DNA of 64,000 nt from an uncultured Planctomycetia bacterium (GTDB lineage Bacteria; Omnitrophota; Gorgyraeia; Tantalellales; Tantalellaceae). The notes beneath the pieces were generated by a model that had not been told where the DNA came from, did not search any database, and saw only the letters and a program-made list of their open reading frames with translations. Below, one piece after another: positions 1 through 8,600 of this stretch (positions are counted from its first letter, which is position 1; each line of letters begins with the position of its first letter). The stretch is taken from assembly GCA_964409365.1 (NCBI GenBank), contig CAYPCX010000001.1, positions 312,699 to 376,698 of the forward strand, written 5' to 3'. Position numbers and translations under genes: made by a program.

Positions 1-1
1 G

Positions 2-274
2 TGGAACCGCGTTCAAGAAGTCGTTATCATAGGCAAAGGCGCCCTGGAAGACAACACCATCGACGCCATGGAACGGTTCTTCCCATATCGTGTAAGGGCG
101 GGCAGTTGCGTATGTAAGCCATTCGAGGAACTTCCCCAGGAGAGGTACGGGTATATAGGAAGCCTGGGTATCCTGGATTACCTGCAGGAAGAAAAGAACA
201 GAAGAAAGCAAGCCGGCAACATCCTGAAAAGAGCTCTCAACAGGACCCTCGGGTTCATAGACAAGTACTTCTAA
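2..274 (+). CDS. 3' end of an unidentified protein-coding gene that continues upstream of the window
   Basis: Open frame from window edge to stop at 272-274 (...VVIIGKGALEDNTIDAMERFFPY...KYF*); no recognisable family motif. Confidence 0.3.
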   Translation, partial: WNRVQEVVIIGKGALEDNTIDAMERFFPYRVRAGSCVCKPFEELPQERYGYIGSLGILDYLQEEKNRRKQAGNILKRALNRTLGFIDKYF

Positions 275-314
275 CCATCCGCTTCCGGTCCATCTGTAAA
301 TCCCTATATCATAT

Positions 315-343
315 TTGACATAAGAGCTGAATTATGTTAATTT
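315..343 (+). promoter_or_regulatory. Candidate sigma70-type promoter upstream of proC (TTGACA-17 bp-TAATTT)
   Basis: TTGACA at 315-320, 17-nt spacer, TAATTT at 338-343, about 50 nt upstream of proC ATG. Confidence 0.35.
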
Positions 344-396
344 ACACCGTTCTGGAAATAACGGGACAACAAAGAAATATCGAACAGTGAGGTATT

Positions 397-1194
397 ATGA
401 GCACGGCGATAGGTGTTATAGGATGCGGTAATATGGGTAGCGCCATAGTGCGGGGGATGGTCGATAAGGGTATTTTCCCGCCGGGAGAGATATATCTGTA
501 CGACAAGATTTCGAAAAAAGCCGAGGCCCTTGCCTGCGAGACAGGTACCCATCTCGGGGACCTTTCACAGATGGTGCGCGGATCGGAATATCTTCTCATT
601 GCCGTTAAGCCCCAGGATTCCGAAAAACTTTTTCGCCAAATAGCAGGCGACATAGTCGACCAGACTATAATATCCGTCATGGCCGGGGTCAGCATAAAGA
701 CCATCGCCGGTATGATCGGCAAGGAAGTCCCTATCGTGAGGGCCATGCCCAATATGGCCGCCTTTGCCGGGGAGAGCATAACCTGTGTCTCCCTCAATGG
801 AGGCGTGCAGCGCGCGGAAGAGATCAAGAAGATGTTCACCGGGATAGGAAATGTCCTTGAGGTGGAAGAAGCGCACATGGATGCCGTTACCGCTCTTTCG
901 GGCAGCGGGCCGGCGTATCTTTTCTATCTGGCGGAAGCGATGATGGAAGCGGGCGAGGAAGTCGGGCTTTCCAGGGATGTCTCCGAGAAGCTGGTCGTCC
1001 ACGCGCTTTACGGAGCGGCCGTGCTGCTTAAGGAACACGGTGAGTCCCCGGAAGAGCTTATAGATAAAGTGGCGTCCGAAGGCGGGACCACGGAAGCGGC
1101 GCTTCTGGTGTTCGAGAAACACGGCCTGAAAGAGATCATGAAAGACGCCATATACAGGGCCAGAGAGCGGTCGAAAGAATTGTCAGAAGGATAA
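397..1194 (+). CDS. proC: Pyrroline-5-carboxylate reductase
   Basis: N-terminal Rossmann GVIGCGNMGSAI, full-length P5CR-like 265 aa; SD gtgagg upstream. Confidence 0.85.
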   Translation: MSTAIGVIGCGNMGSAIVRGMVDKGIFPPGEIYLYDKISKKAEALACETGTHLGDLSQMVRGSEYLLIAVKPQDSEKLFRQIAGDIVDQTIISVMAGVSIKTIAGMIGKEVPIVRAMPNMAAFAGESITCVSLNGGVQRAEEIKKMFTGIGNVLEVEEAHMDAVTALSGSGPAYLFYLAEAMMEAGEEVGLSRDVSEKLVVHALYGAAVLLKEHGESPEELIDKVASEGGTTEAALLVFEKHGLKEIMKDAIYRARERSKELSEG

Positions 1195-1198
1195 CAGC

Positions 1199-1495
1199 AT
1201 GTTCGTCTTAAGCGAATTTATCAGGAGTCTCGCGCTTTTAATATCCCTTCTTTTCAACGTCATCTATTTTATCCTGGTGATCAGGATAATCCTTTCATGG
1301 GTCGGCGCGGACCCGTATAACGATATAGTCCGGATCATTTACATGGTGAGCGATCCTATACTCATGCCCTTCAGGCGGCTGCCGCTTCAGATGGGGGCGA
1401 TAGATTTCTCGCCGATACTGGCCTTCATAGTGCTTGCGGTCCTGAGGAATTTCATCGTCAACGTCCTTTACCAGATCGCGTACCGTTTGGGGTGA
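1199..1495 (+). CDS. yggT: YggT family membrane protein
   Basis: 98 aa, two TM helices, conserved RIILSWV...DPYN...PFRRL signature of the YGGT family. Confidence 0.8.
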   Translation: MFVLSEFIRSLALLISLLFNVIYFILVIRIILSWVGADPYNDIVRIIYMVSDPILMPFRRLPLQMGAIDFSPILAFIVLAVLRNFIVNVLYQIAYRLG

Positions 1496-1737
1496 TACCG
1501 TTGCGGATAGAAGTGAAGGTCTTCCCGAAATCCTCGCGGGAACAGCTCGTGAGAGACGGGGCAAAGATAAAAGCTTATGTGAAAGCGCCGCCTGATAAAG
1601 GCAAGGCGAATAAAGCCTTGATAGGGCTCATCGCCGAAGAGTACGGCGTGAAGAAAAGAGATGTGACGATAATTTCGGGACTTACCGGCAGGAACAAGAT
1701 CGTGGAGGTATCAGGCTTAAGGGGCAAAACGGGGTAA
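1492..1737 (+). CDS. DUF167 / YggU family protein
   Basis: 81 aa, PKSSRE...G..IK.YVKAPP.KGKAN..LI..IAEEYGV pattern typical of UPF0235/YggU; 4-nt overlap with yggT. Confidence 0.7.
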   Translation: MIPLRIEVKVFPKSSREQLVRDGAKIKAYVKAPPDKGKANKALIGLIAEEYGVKKRDVTIISGLTGRNKIVEVSGLRGKTG

Positions 1738-1769
1738 GTGTCAAAGAGGTTTTATGACACTCTGACACT
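1738..1769. promoter_or_regulatory. GTGTCA / TGACAC repeat cluster upstream of mtnP (same motif as the array at 8485-8576)
   Basis: gtgtcaaagaggttttatgacactctgacact; motif is shared with sites upstream of aroA and mreD. Confidence 0.3.
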
Positions 1770-1793
1770 ACAAAGATCGAAGGAGTCGCTAAT

Positions 1794-2657
1794 ATGAGCA
1801 GAATAGGTGTTATCGGCGGAAGCGCGTTGTATAAGATCGAGGGTATCGATATAAAAGAAACAAAAAAGGTATCTACGCCTTTCGGCGAGCCTTCCGATGA
1901 GTTCGTGGTAGGCACGCTCGCGGGGAAAGAGATAGTGTTCCTCCCGAGACACCAGCGGTCTCACAGCCTGCTCCCCACGGAGATAAATTACAGGGCTAAC
2001 ATATACGCCATGAAGGTGCTCGGGGTCGATCGTATAATATCGGTCTCGGCCGTCGGCAGCCTGAAAGAAGAAGTAAAGCCGCTGGACGTCCTGCTCGTGG
2101 ACCAGTTCATAGACAGGACCAACCAGGGCAGGTCCACGACCTTCTTCGGCGATGGTCTGGTAGCGCACGTCGCGTTCGCCGAACCTGTATGCCCCGAATT
2201 GAAGGGATCTATTTACAAAAGCAACCACGACCTGGACATAAAGATACATGACGGCGGCACTTATATCAACATGGAAGGACCCGCTTTTTCCACTAAGGCG
2301 GAGTCATACCTTTACAAGAGCTGGGGAGCGGATGTCATAGGGATGACCAATATACAGGAGGCGCGCCTTGCCAGGGAAGCGGGCATATGTTATTCCACCA
2401 TAGCTCTCATAACCGATTATGATTGCTGGCACCTCAGCCCGGAAGTGGAGACCGTGTCGGTCGAGGTGATCCTTGAGAACCTCAACAAGAACGTGGATAC
2501 CGCGAAGAAAATGATACTGAACACCGTAAAGAACATGCCGGAGAAAAGGTCCTGCGGCTGCGGGGAAGCCCTTCGTGATGCCATAATCACGAGGCGGGGG
2601 ACGGTACCGCAGGAGACGTTGGAGAAGATGAAACCCATTATAGAAGGGTTTATGTAA
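1794..2657 (+). CDS. mtnP: S-methyl-5'-thioadenosine phosphorylase
   Basis: IGVIGGSALY start, PRHQRSHSLLPTEINYRANIYAMK and SAVGSL motifs of MTAP/PNP family II. Confidence 0.8.
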   Translation: MSRIGVIGGSALYKIEGIDIKETKKVSTPFGEPSDEFVVGTLAGKEIVFLPRHQRSHSLLPTEINYRANIYAMKVLGVDRIISVSAVGSLKEEVKPLDVLLVDQFIDRTNQGRSTTFFGDGLVAHVAFAEPVCPELKGSIYKSNHDLDIKIHDGGTYINMEGPAFSTKAESYLYKSWGADVIGMTNIQEARLAREAGICYSTIALITDYDCWHLSPEVETVSVEVILENLNKNVDTAKKMILNTVKNMPEKRSCGCGEALRDAIITRRGTVPQETLEKMKPIIEGFM

Positions 2658-2730
2658 AACTGAGGTTCTGGAGACACGTCTGTGTGAACGCCATGTAGAC
2701 GACCAGACGTGCCCCCGGAATATATTTACA

Positions 2731-5544
2731 ATGCGAAAAAATAAGAAGACGACAAGTTACAAGGAGACTTTGAACCTGCCGAAGACGGCTTTCTCGATGA
2801 AGGCCAACCTGCCGCAGAGAGAACCGGAGACCCTAAAGAAGTGGGAAACGGCCGATATCTACGCGAAGATGATCGAAAAAAGGAGCGGCTCGGACAAACA
2901 TTTCATCCTGCATGACGGCCCTCCGTACGCGAACGGCCGCATCCACATGGGGCATGTCCTCAACAAGATACTTAAAGACCTCATAGTGAAGTACTTCACC
3001 ATGAAGGGTTACCTGTCCCCGTACATACCTGGGTGGGACTGTCACGGCCTTCCCGTGGAACACCAGCTTTTCAAGGAGCTGGACATAGATAAAAGCGAAA
3101 TAGGCCAGGTCGAGTTCCGCAAAAAAGCTTATGACTACGCGATGAAGTTCGTCGGCATACAATCCGAAGAGTTCAAGAGACTGGGTGTTTTCGGGGACTG
3201 GAAACAGCCGTACCTTACGCTTTCCAGGGATTATGAGGCGGATATACTTTCCGCTTTGGCTGAACTGCATGAAAAAGGATATATCTATAAAGACCTGAAG
3301 CCCGTCAACTGGTGTTCTACGTGCGAGACGGCTTTGGCCGAAGCCGAGGTCGAATATGAGGACAAGGCTTCACCCTCGATATTCGTTAAGTTCAAAGCCG
3401 CGGAAGACGCCAACACGTATTTTCTGATCTGGACAACGACCCCCTGGACTCTTCTGGCGAACGTGGCTGTCGCGCTTCACCCCGAGTTCGAATACTCATT
3501 TGTCGAAACAGGGAAAGAAGTATGGATAATGGCTTCCGACCTGGTCCGGCCGCTCATGGAAAAGTTCGGTGTTACGGATCTCACCATCCGTAAAAAGGCG
3601 AAAGGCCGGGAGATAGCCGGGAAGCTCAAGAGCGCCAGGCATCCTTTCGTCGACAGGGAGTCGACGATAGTCCTGGCCGATTACGTCACAAAGGAAGAGG
3701 GGACGGGCTGTGTTCATACCGCGCCGGGTCACGGGCAGGAGGACTATCTTACCGGCAAAAAATACGGCCTTCCGGTAATAATGCCGGTCCTGGCCACCGG
3801 AAAGTTCAATGATGAGGCGGGTGAATTCTCCGGCATGCATGTCTTTAAGGCCAATAAAGCGATAATCGAGAAAATGCGTTCCGGGGGCACGCTGATATTC
3901 TCGGAAGATGTCACTCACTCGTATCCCCACTGCTGGCGCTGCAAGGAACCGATAATTTTCCGCGCCACGGAGCAATGGTTCATGAACGTGGACCATGACG
4001 GCCTGCGAGAAAAGATGATAGATACTATCGACAAGGATGTGGAGTGGATACCGGCTATCGGTAGGGACCGTATAGGCGCTATGGTGAAGCTGCGCCCCGA
4101 CTGGTGTCTCTCGCGCCAGCGTTACTGGGGCGTGCCCATACCCGCGTTCAGCTGTTCATCCTGCGGGGAGACTTTCACGAGCGCGGAGATCATCAAGAAA
4201 GTCTCACAGCTTACAAGAGAGCACGGCGCCGATGTCTGGTTCGAGAAGGATATAAAGGAACTGATACCTTCCGGCGTAAAATGCGGGAAGTGCGGCGGCA
4301 AAGATTTTGCAAAAGAGGACGATATCCTCGATGTGTGGTTCGATTCGGGCGTGAGCCACAGGGCGGTACTGGACAAAAGGGAAGAGCTGACCTATCCGGC
4401 GGACCTCTACCTGGAAGGGTCAGACCAGCACAGGGGATGGTTCCAGACGGCCCTTATCACTGCGATGGGCACTAAAGGAGAGGCCCCTTACAGAAAGGTC
4501 CTTACCCACGGGTTCGTGGTGGACGGCGAAGGCAAGAAAATGTCCAAATCCGTCGGCAATGTCATCAGCCCGCAGGACGTGATGAAAAAGTACGGGGCGG
4601 ATATAATGCGCCTCTGGGTGGCGTCCAGCGATTATGACGGCGATATAAAGCTTTCTTCCGAAATACTCGAGCGCCTGGCGGACGGCTACCGCAAGATCAG
4701 GAACACCTTCAGGTACCTTTTAAGCAGCCTGTATGATTTTGAACCGTCCAGGGACGCTGTCGGGATCGACCAGATGACCGAGATGGACAGGTGGATGCTT
4801 TCGCGCCTTCACGGCCTTCTGGAAAATATCAACGGTTATTACCGGCAGTGGGAGTTCTACCGGGTCTACCGGGCGGTATACGATTTCTGCGTGTATGAGG
4901 TCAGCGCTTTTTATCTTGACGTTTTGAAGGATGTGATGTATATTTTGGCTCCGGGCTCGAGGCAAAGGAGGTCCGGCCAGACGGTCATGTTCAGGATCCT
5001 TGACATATTGACCCGGGTGATGGCGCCGATACTTTCTTTCACTACCGAGGAAGTCTGGTCCCACGTCGGTCTTGAGGGAAAGGAAGAGAGCGTGCACCTG
5101 TTGGACTGGCCGGACATCGAAAAAGACATGGCCGGCTGGCGGGATAAGCGGCTTGATGAGAAGTGGACAAGGATACTCGGGATAAGGGACGGCGTGATGA
5201 AGGTCCTTGAGCTAAAACGCGAAGAAGGCCTTATAGGCAGTTCTCTGGAAGGGGCGATAGAGCTTTACTCGGACGATACCGACATGGCCGCTTTCCTGAA
5301 AGAGAACGCCGGTCTTTTCCCGGTGCTTTTCAAGGTATCGCAGGCGGAGGTGCTGGACGAACCGGGACAAAAGATGAGCGACGCCTCGGGGATGCCTCTC
5401 AAGGTGGGAGTAAAGAAGGCCCGGGGAGAGAAGTGCCAGAGATGCTGGAATTTCAGCGATACGGTGGGAAAAGATAAGAATCACCCGGATCTTTGCGAAA
5501 GATGTTACAATATACTTACGGAAAGGAGCCGTAATGGTCAATAA
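2731..5544 (+). CDS. ileS: Isoleucine--tRNA ligase
   Basis: 937 aa; HIGH-type motif PYANGRIHMGH, KMSKS motif, C-terminal Cys4 zinc finger (CQRCWN...CERCYN). Confidence 0.95.
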   Translation: MRKNKKTTSYKETLNLPKTAFSMKANLPQREPETLKKWETADIYAKMIEKRSGSDKHFILHDGPPYANGRIHMGHVLNKILKDLIVKYFTMKGYLSPYIPGWDCHGLPVEHQLFKELDIDKSEIGQVEFRKKAYDYAMKFVGIQSEEFKRLGVFGDWKQPYLTLSRDYEADILSALAELHEKGYIYKDLKPVNWCSTCETALAEAEVEYEDKASPSIFVKFKAAEDANTYFLIWTTTPWTLLANVAVALHPEFEYSFVETGKEVWIMASDLVRPLMEKFGVTDLTIRKKAKGREIAGKLKSARHPFVDRESTIVLADYVTKEEGTGCVHTAPGHGQEDYLTGKKYGLPVIMPVLATGKFNDEAGEFSGMHVFKANKAIIEKMRSGGTLIFSEDVTHSYPHCWRCKEPIIFRATEQWFMNVDHDGLREKMIDTIDKDVEWIPAIGRDRIGAMVKLRPDWCLSRQRYWGVPIPAFSCSSCGETFTSAEIIKKVSQLTREHGADVWFEKDIKELIPSGVKCGKCGGKDFAKEDDILDVWFDSGVSHRAVLDKREELTYPADLYLEGSDQHRGWFQTALITAMGTKGEAPYRKVLTHGFVVDGEGKKMSKSVGNVISPQDVMKKYGADIMRLWVASSDYDGDIKLSSEILERLADGYRKIRNTFRYLLSSLYDFEPSRDAVGIDQMTEMDRWMLSRLHGLLENINGYYRQWEFYRVYRAVYDFCVYEVSAFYLDVLKDVMYILAPGSRQRRSGQTVMFRILDILTRVMAPILSFTTEEVWSHVGLEGKEESVHLLDWPDIEKDMAGWRDKRLDEKWTRILGIRDGVMKVLELKREEGLIGSSLEGAIELYSDDTDMAAFLKENAGLFPVLFKVSQAEVLDEPGQKMSDASGMPLKVGVKKARGEKCQRCWNFSDTVGKDKNHPDLCERCYNILTERSRNGQ

Positions 5545-5953
5545 GAAGAGAAATACGGGGAAGAAGGCGGGTTTCACAAAAAAAGAGCTCCAGGATGTAC
5601 GCAAGAAACTTGTCCAGGAGAAAGCCAAGATCCTCGAGGAACTCATGAAAATAAAGGGCGAGTCCCTGAACAAGTCCTTTAAAGACGCTTCAGGCGACCT
5701 TTCCGGTTATACGTTCCACATGGCCGACATGGCTACCGACCTCTACGACAGAGAGTTTTCCCTGGAACTGGCGGAAGGGGAAAGGGAGAGGCTTTACGCC
5801 CTTGACGAGGCGATAAAGCGCATCGATGAAGGCACGTACGGCAAGTGTGATTCCTGCGGCGGGAAAGTGTCCAAACAGCGCCTTAAGGTCATGCCGCAGG
5901 CAAAGTATTGTATCGAATGTCAGGAAAAAGAGGAAAAATCCGCAGGCAAGTAA
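5534..5953 (+). CDS. DksA/TraR family C4-type zinc finger protein
   Basis: 139 aa, coiled-coil N-term then CDSCGGKVS...CIECQ C4 finger; overlaps ileS stop by 11 nt. Confidence 0.7.
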   Translation: MVNKKRNTGKKAGFTKKELQDVRKKLVQEKAKILEELMKIKGESLNKSFKDASGDLSGYTFHMADMATDLYDREFSLELAEGERERLYALDEAIKRIDEGTYGKCDSCGGKVSKQRLKVMPQAKYCIECQEKEEKSAGK

Positions 5954-6477
5954 CGTTCGCATATTCGGCCGTTATCCTTGTCTATATTCTTGACCAGGCG
6001 TCTAAATTTCTCGCCAGCAGGCTGCTTTCCCCGGGGGAAAGCGTCCCGGTGATAAAGAACCTCCTACACATGACGCTTGTCTATAATACCGGCGCGGCCT
6101 TCGGGATGTTCAGTTCCCACCCTTATTTTTTTGTGGCGGTAGCCGTCCTTTCGGTCTTTTTGATCAATTATCTTTTCATACGCAAGGGGCATAAGCTCAT
6201 GGCCTTGGAAGGCGTGGCGCTCGGATTCATTCTCGCGGGGACTCTGGGGAACCTTACCGACCGCCTCCGCGTCGGGTACGTCATAGATTTTATAGATCTC
6301 AGGGTGTGGCCTGTGTTCAATCTCGCCGACAGCTTCATAACCATCGGTGCCGTGATGCTCGGGTGGTCCATCCTTTGGGGCGCCCGGGGACGTAAGACAG
6401 AGGACAGAGGACAGAAGACAGAAGGACGTAGATGCCAGGAGGATGTTAGATGTTGGTTGTTAGATGTTAGTTGTTAG
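5917..6477 (+). CDS. lspA: Lipoprotein signal peptidase (signal peptidase II); the C-terminal ~25 codons are read through heptamer-repeat DNA
   Basis: LDQASK, NTGAAFG, GNLTDR, FNLADS conserved blocks of peptidase A8; start uncertain (ATG 5908/5917 overlapping dksA-like gene). Confidence 0.8.
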   Translation: MSGKRGKIRRQVTFAYSAVILVYILDQASKFLASRLLSPGESVPVIKNLLHMTLVYNTGAAFGMFSSHPYFFVAVAVLSVFLINYLFIRKGHKLMALEGVALGFILAGTLGNLTDRLRVGYVIDFIDLRVWPVFNLADSFITIGAVMLGWSILWGARGRKTEDRGQKTEGRRCQEDVRCWLLDVSC

Positions 6478-6612
6478 TTTTTAGTCGTACAACTCATAAC
6501 TAACAATTCACAACTCAACACTTGATACTTGTCACTTTATCCTTTATCCTTGTTACTTGTCACTGTTCTCTGGTTACTGGAAACTGGTTACTGTTTACGA
6601 CAAGGCTCATAC
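6400..6612. repeat. Composite heptanucleotide tandem-repeat mosaic (GGACAGA, GATGTTA, TTGTTAG hairpin, CTTTATC, TACTGGT modules)
   Basis: Modules are shared, in the same order, with the copies at 11841-12225 and 15745-15975, and in inverted orientation with 42090-42295. Confidence 0.85.
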
Positions 6613-7347
6613 ATGCATCGAATTTTACTACAGATAGGTCCCGTCACCCTTTATTCCTACGGTTTGTTGGTGGCCACGGCTTTTCTTGTCTCCACGATAC
6701 TTATTCTCAGGGATTCGCGTAAGTTCGATATAGCGAGAGAAGACGTCTTTGATTGTCTTCTGGCCGTTCTGATAGGAGGAATAGTAGGAGGCAGGCTCCT
6801 TTTTGTTATACTGAACCGGGAGTATTATCTGGACCACCCTTTGAGGATAGTGATGCTCCAGGAAGGAGGGATGGCTTTTCACGGGGCGCTTGTCGCCGCT
6901 ATCCTGGTGGGGGCGGCCGTGTGCGCGATAAAGAAGGTCTCTTTCTGGAAGATGAGCGATCTGATGACCCCGTATATCGCTTTGGGGCACGCCATCGGCC
7001 GGATAGGGTGCCTCTTGAACGGTTGCTGTTACGGTAAGGTGATCCATTCCGGGTTAGGCCTGACATTCCCGGGTGAAGCCGTCATGCGTGTGCCCACGCA
7101 GTTCTATTCAAGCCTGTGCCTGCTTTTTATCTTCGTCGCCCTCATGGAATTCCGTGAAAGGCGTCCTTTCGACGGTTCCGTTCTGGCCCTTTATCTCGTT
7201 CTTTACGGGGTCTTCAGGTTTTTCATGGATTTCTTCCGGGGCGATAATCCTGCCGTTTATCACGGCCTCACGCTCGCGCAGATCATCAGCGTTTTCATGG
7301 TCCTCCTGGGGTTTGTATTGTACGCTTTGTTGAGGAAAAAATCATGA
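6613..7347 (+). CDS. lgt: Prolipoprotein diacylglyceryl transferase
   Basis: Lgt signature HAIGRIGCLLNGCCYGK, multi-TM; true start taken at ATG 6613 (MHRILL...) because the upstream part of the ORF is repeat-derived. Confidence 0.85.
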   Translation: MHRILLQIGPVTLYSYGLLVATAFLVSTILILRDSRKFDIAREDVFDCLLAVLIGGIVGGRLLFVILNREYYLDHPLRIVMLQEGGMAFHGALVAAILVGAAVCAIKKVSFWKMSDLMTPYIALGHAIGRIGCLLNGCCYGKVIHSGLGLTFPGEAVMRVPTQFYSSLCLLFIFVALMEFRERRPFDGSVLALYLVLYGVFRFFMDFFRGDNPAVYHGLTLAQIISVFMVLLGFVLYALLRKKS

Positions 7348-7383
7348 AAGGAATGTTAGAGAAGTGCTGAGCCGGGTCATGGG

Positions 7384-7533
7384 AAAGGGGAAAGTGTCCC
7401 GCGCGCAGTTCGGACATTTGAGAAGTTTTAACATTACAATGGAAAAGGCAAGAGTATCCCGTGCTCAAACAGTTTTTGCTTTGCAGCAGTGTCAACAGCA
7501 AAAAAACTGCGCGCGGGATATTCTTACCTTTTT
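7384..7533. repeat. ~95-nt long-hairpin intergenic element, copy A, plus an adjacent inverted half copy
   Basis: GGAAA.G..AGTATCCCGTGCTCAAACAGTTTTTGC-loop-CAGCAAAAAAACTGCGCGCGGGATA...CTTTTT; shared with copies at 28005, 53735, 62083, 63193. Confidence 0.8.
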
Positions 7534-7578
7534 CACAGCTCTGTCAAAGCCTCCCGGAAAAGTATTTTTTAGAAAAAC

Positions 7579-8484
7579 ATGAAAGAAATCAAGTTCACGA
7601 TAGACGCCGACGGCGCGGGAGTTCGCATCGATAAGTGCATCGCGGAGCGGCTGGGCGTGGATTATTCGCGCACGTACGTGAAAAACCTGATAAACAACGG
7701 TCATGTCCGCGTCAACGGTAAGGTCGAGAGGCCCAGTTACATTTCCAGGGAAGGGGATGATGTTCTGGTGGAGATGCCGCCCGCGGAAAAACACGACCTC
7801 CATCCGGAGGACATACCGCTCGAAATAATCTACGAGGACGAGTGCGTCATTATACTGAACAAACCTCCCGGCATGGTGGTCCATCCCGCGGCGGGGAACA
7901 GGACCGGTACGATGGTGAACGCGCTCCTTTTCCATTGCGGGAATCTCCCGGAAACGGATGACGAGCAGAGACCCGGCTTAGTGCACCGGCTTGACAAGGA
8001 CACCTCGGGTGTGATGGTCGTAGCCAAGACGGACCGCGCCCTTCGCTCGCTGGCGAAACAGTTCCAGAAGCGGGCTATCAAAAAAAGATACGTGGCGCTG
8101 GTCAAGGGACGCGTAGCGGCCGATAACGGCGTGGTCGAGGCCCCGGTGGCGAGACATCCCGTGGACCGTAAGAAGATGGACGTTGAACATGCCAGGGGAA
8201 AACCCGCGCGTACGGTCTACCACGTAAAACAAAGGTTCAGGGGCCTCACTTTTCTTGAGCTGGAACCGGAAACGGGACGCACGCACCAGATACGCGTGCA
8301 CATGAAGCATATCGGACATCCCGTTCTCGGGGATACGACGTATGGAAAGGCCGACGGCGCGGCAAGGCAGGCTCTTCACGCGGAGATGCTGGGGTTCACC
8401 CATCCCGATACCGGAAAATACGTAGAGTTCCACGCCCCGATGCCGGAGGACATGCAGGCGCTGATCAGGAAAGCGGAGGAGTAA
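7579..8484 (+). CDS. rluD: 23S rRNA pseudouridine synthase, RluA/RluD family
   Basis: S4 domain N-term, HRLDKDTSGVMVVAKT catalytic Asp motif, 301 aa. Confidence 0.85.
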   Translation: MKEIKFTIDADGAGVRIDKCIAERLGVDYSRTYVKNLINNGHVRVNGKVERPSYISREGDDVLVEMPPAEKHDLHPEDIPLEIIYEDECVIILNKPPGMVVHPAAGNRTGTMVNALLFHCGNLPETDDEQRPGLVHRLDKDTSGVMVVAKTDRALRSLAKQFQKRAIKKRYVALVKGRVAADNGVVEAPVARHPVDRKKMDVEHARGKPARTVYHVKQRFRGLTFLELEPETGRTHQIRVHMKHIGHPVLGDTTYGKADGAARQALHAEMLGFTHPDTGKYVEFHAPMPEDMQALIRKAEE

Positions 8485-8576
8485 AGTGTCACAGTGTCAT
8501 CGCTCACTTTGTTCACTAGTGTCATAGTGTCAAAAAAAATGCCCTGACACTTTGACACTCTGACACTTTGACACTA
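8485..8576. promoter_or_regulatory. Inverted tandem array: 4x GTGTCA followed by 4x TGACAC around an A8 tract, between rluD and aroA
   Basis: agtgtcacagtgtcat...gtgtcatagtgtcaaaaaaaatgccctgacactttgacactctgacactttgacact. Confidence 0.5.
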
Positions 8577-8600
8577 TCATATAGTTAAACAGGGGCACAA

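Noticed and set aside
2658-2730. Possible T-box or leader riboswitch upstream of ileS
   Set aside because: Only about 73 nt of leader. It contains a simple 8-bp hairpin (GACACGTCTG...CAGACGTG) but has no room for the specifier loop, T-box sequence and antiterminator, so it is most likely just a spacer or small terminator after mtnP.
4104-4475. 123-aa + strand ORF inside ileS in another frame
   Set aside because: Embedded in a strongly conserved part of ileS, with an Arg/Gly-rich low-complexity translation typical of an off-frame read of GC-rich coding DNA.
7364-7582. 72-aa ORF MLSRVMGKGKVSRAQ...
   Set aside because: A translation of the ~95-nt hairpin repeat (VSRAQ appears twice, matching the two arms). 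The same applies to ORFs 12051-12482 (LVTVYWLLVTG... from TACTGGT repeats), 14321-14671 (QVTSHKLQVTS... from CACAAGT repeats) and 6522-6722.
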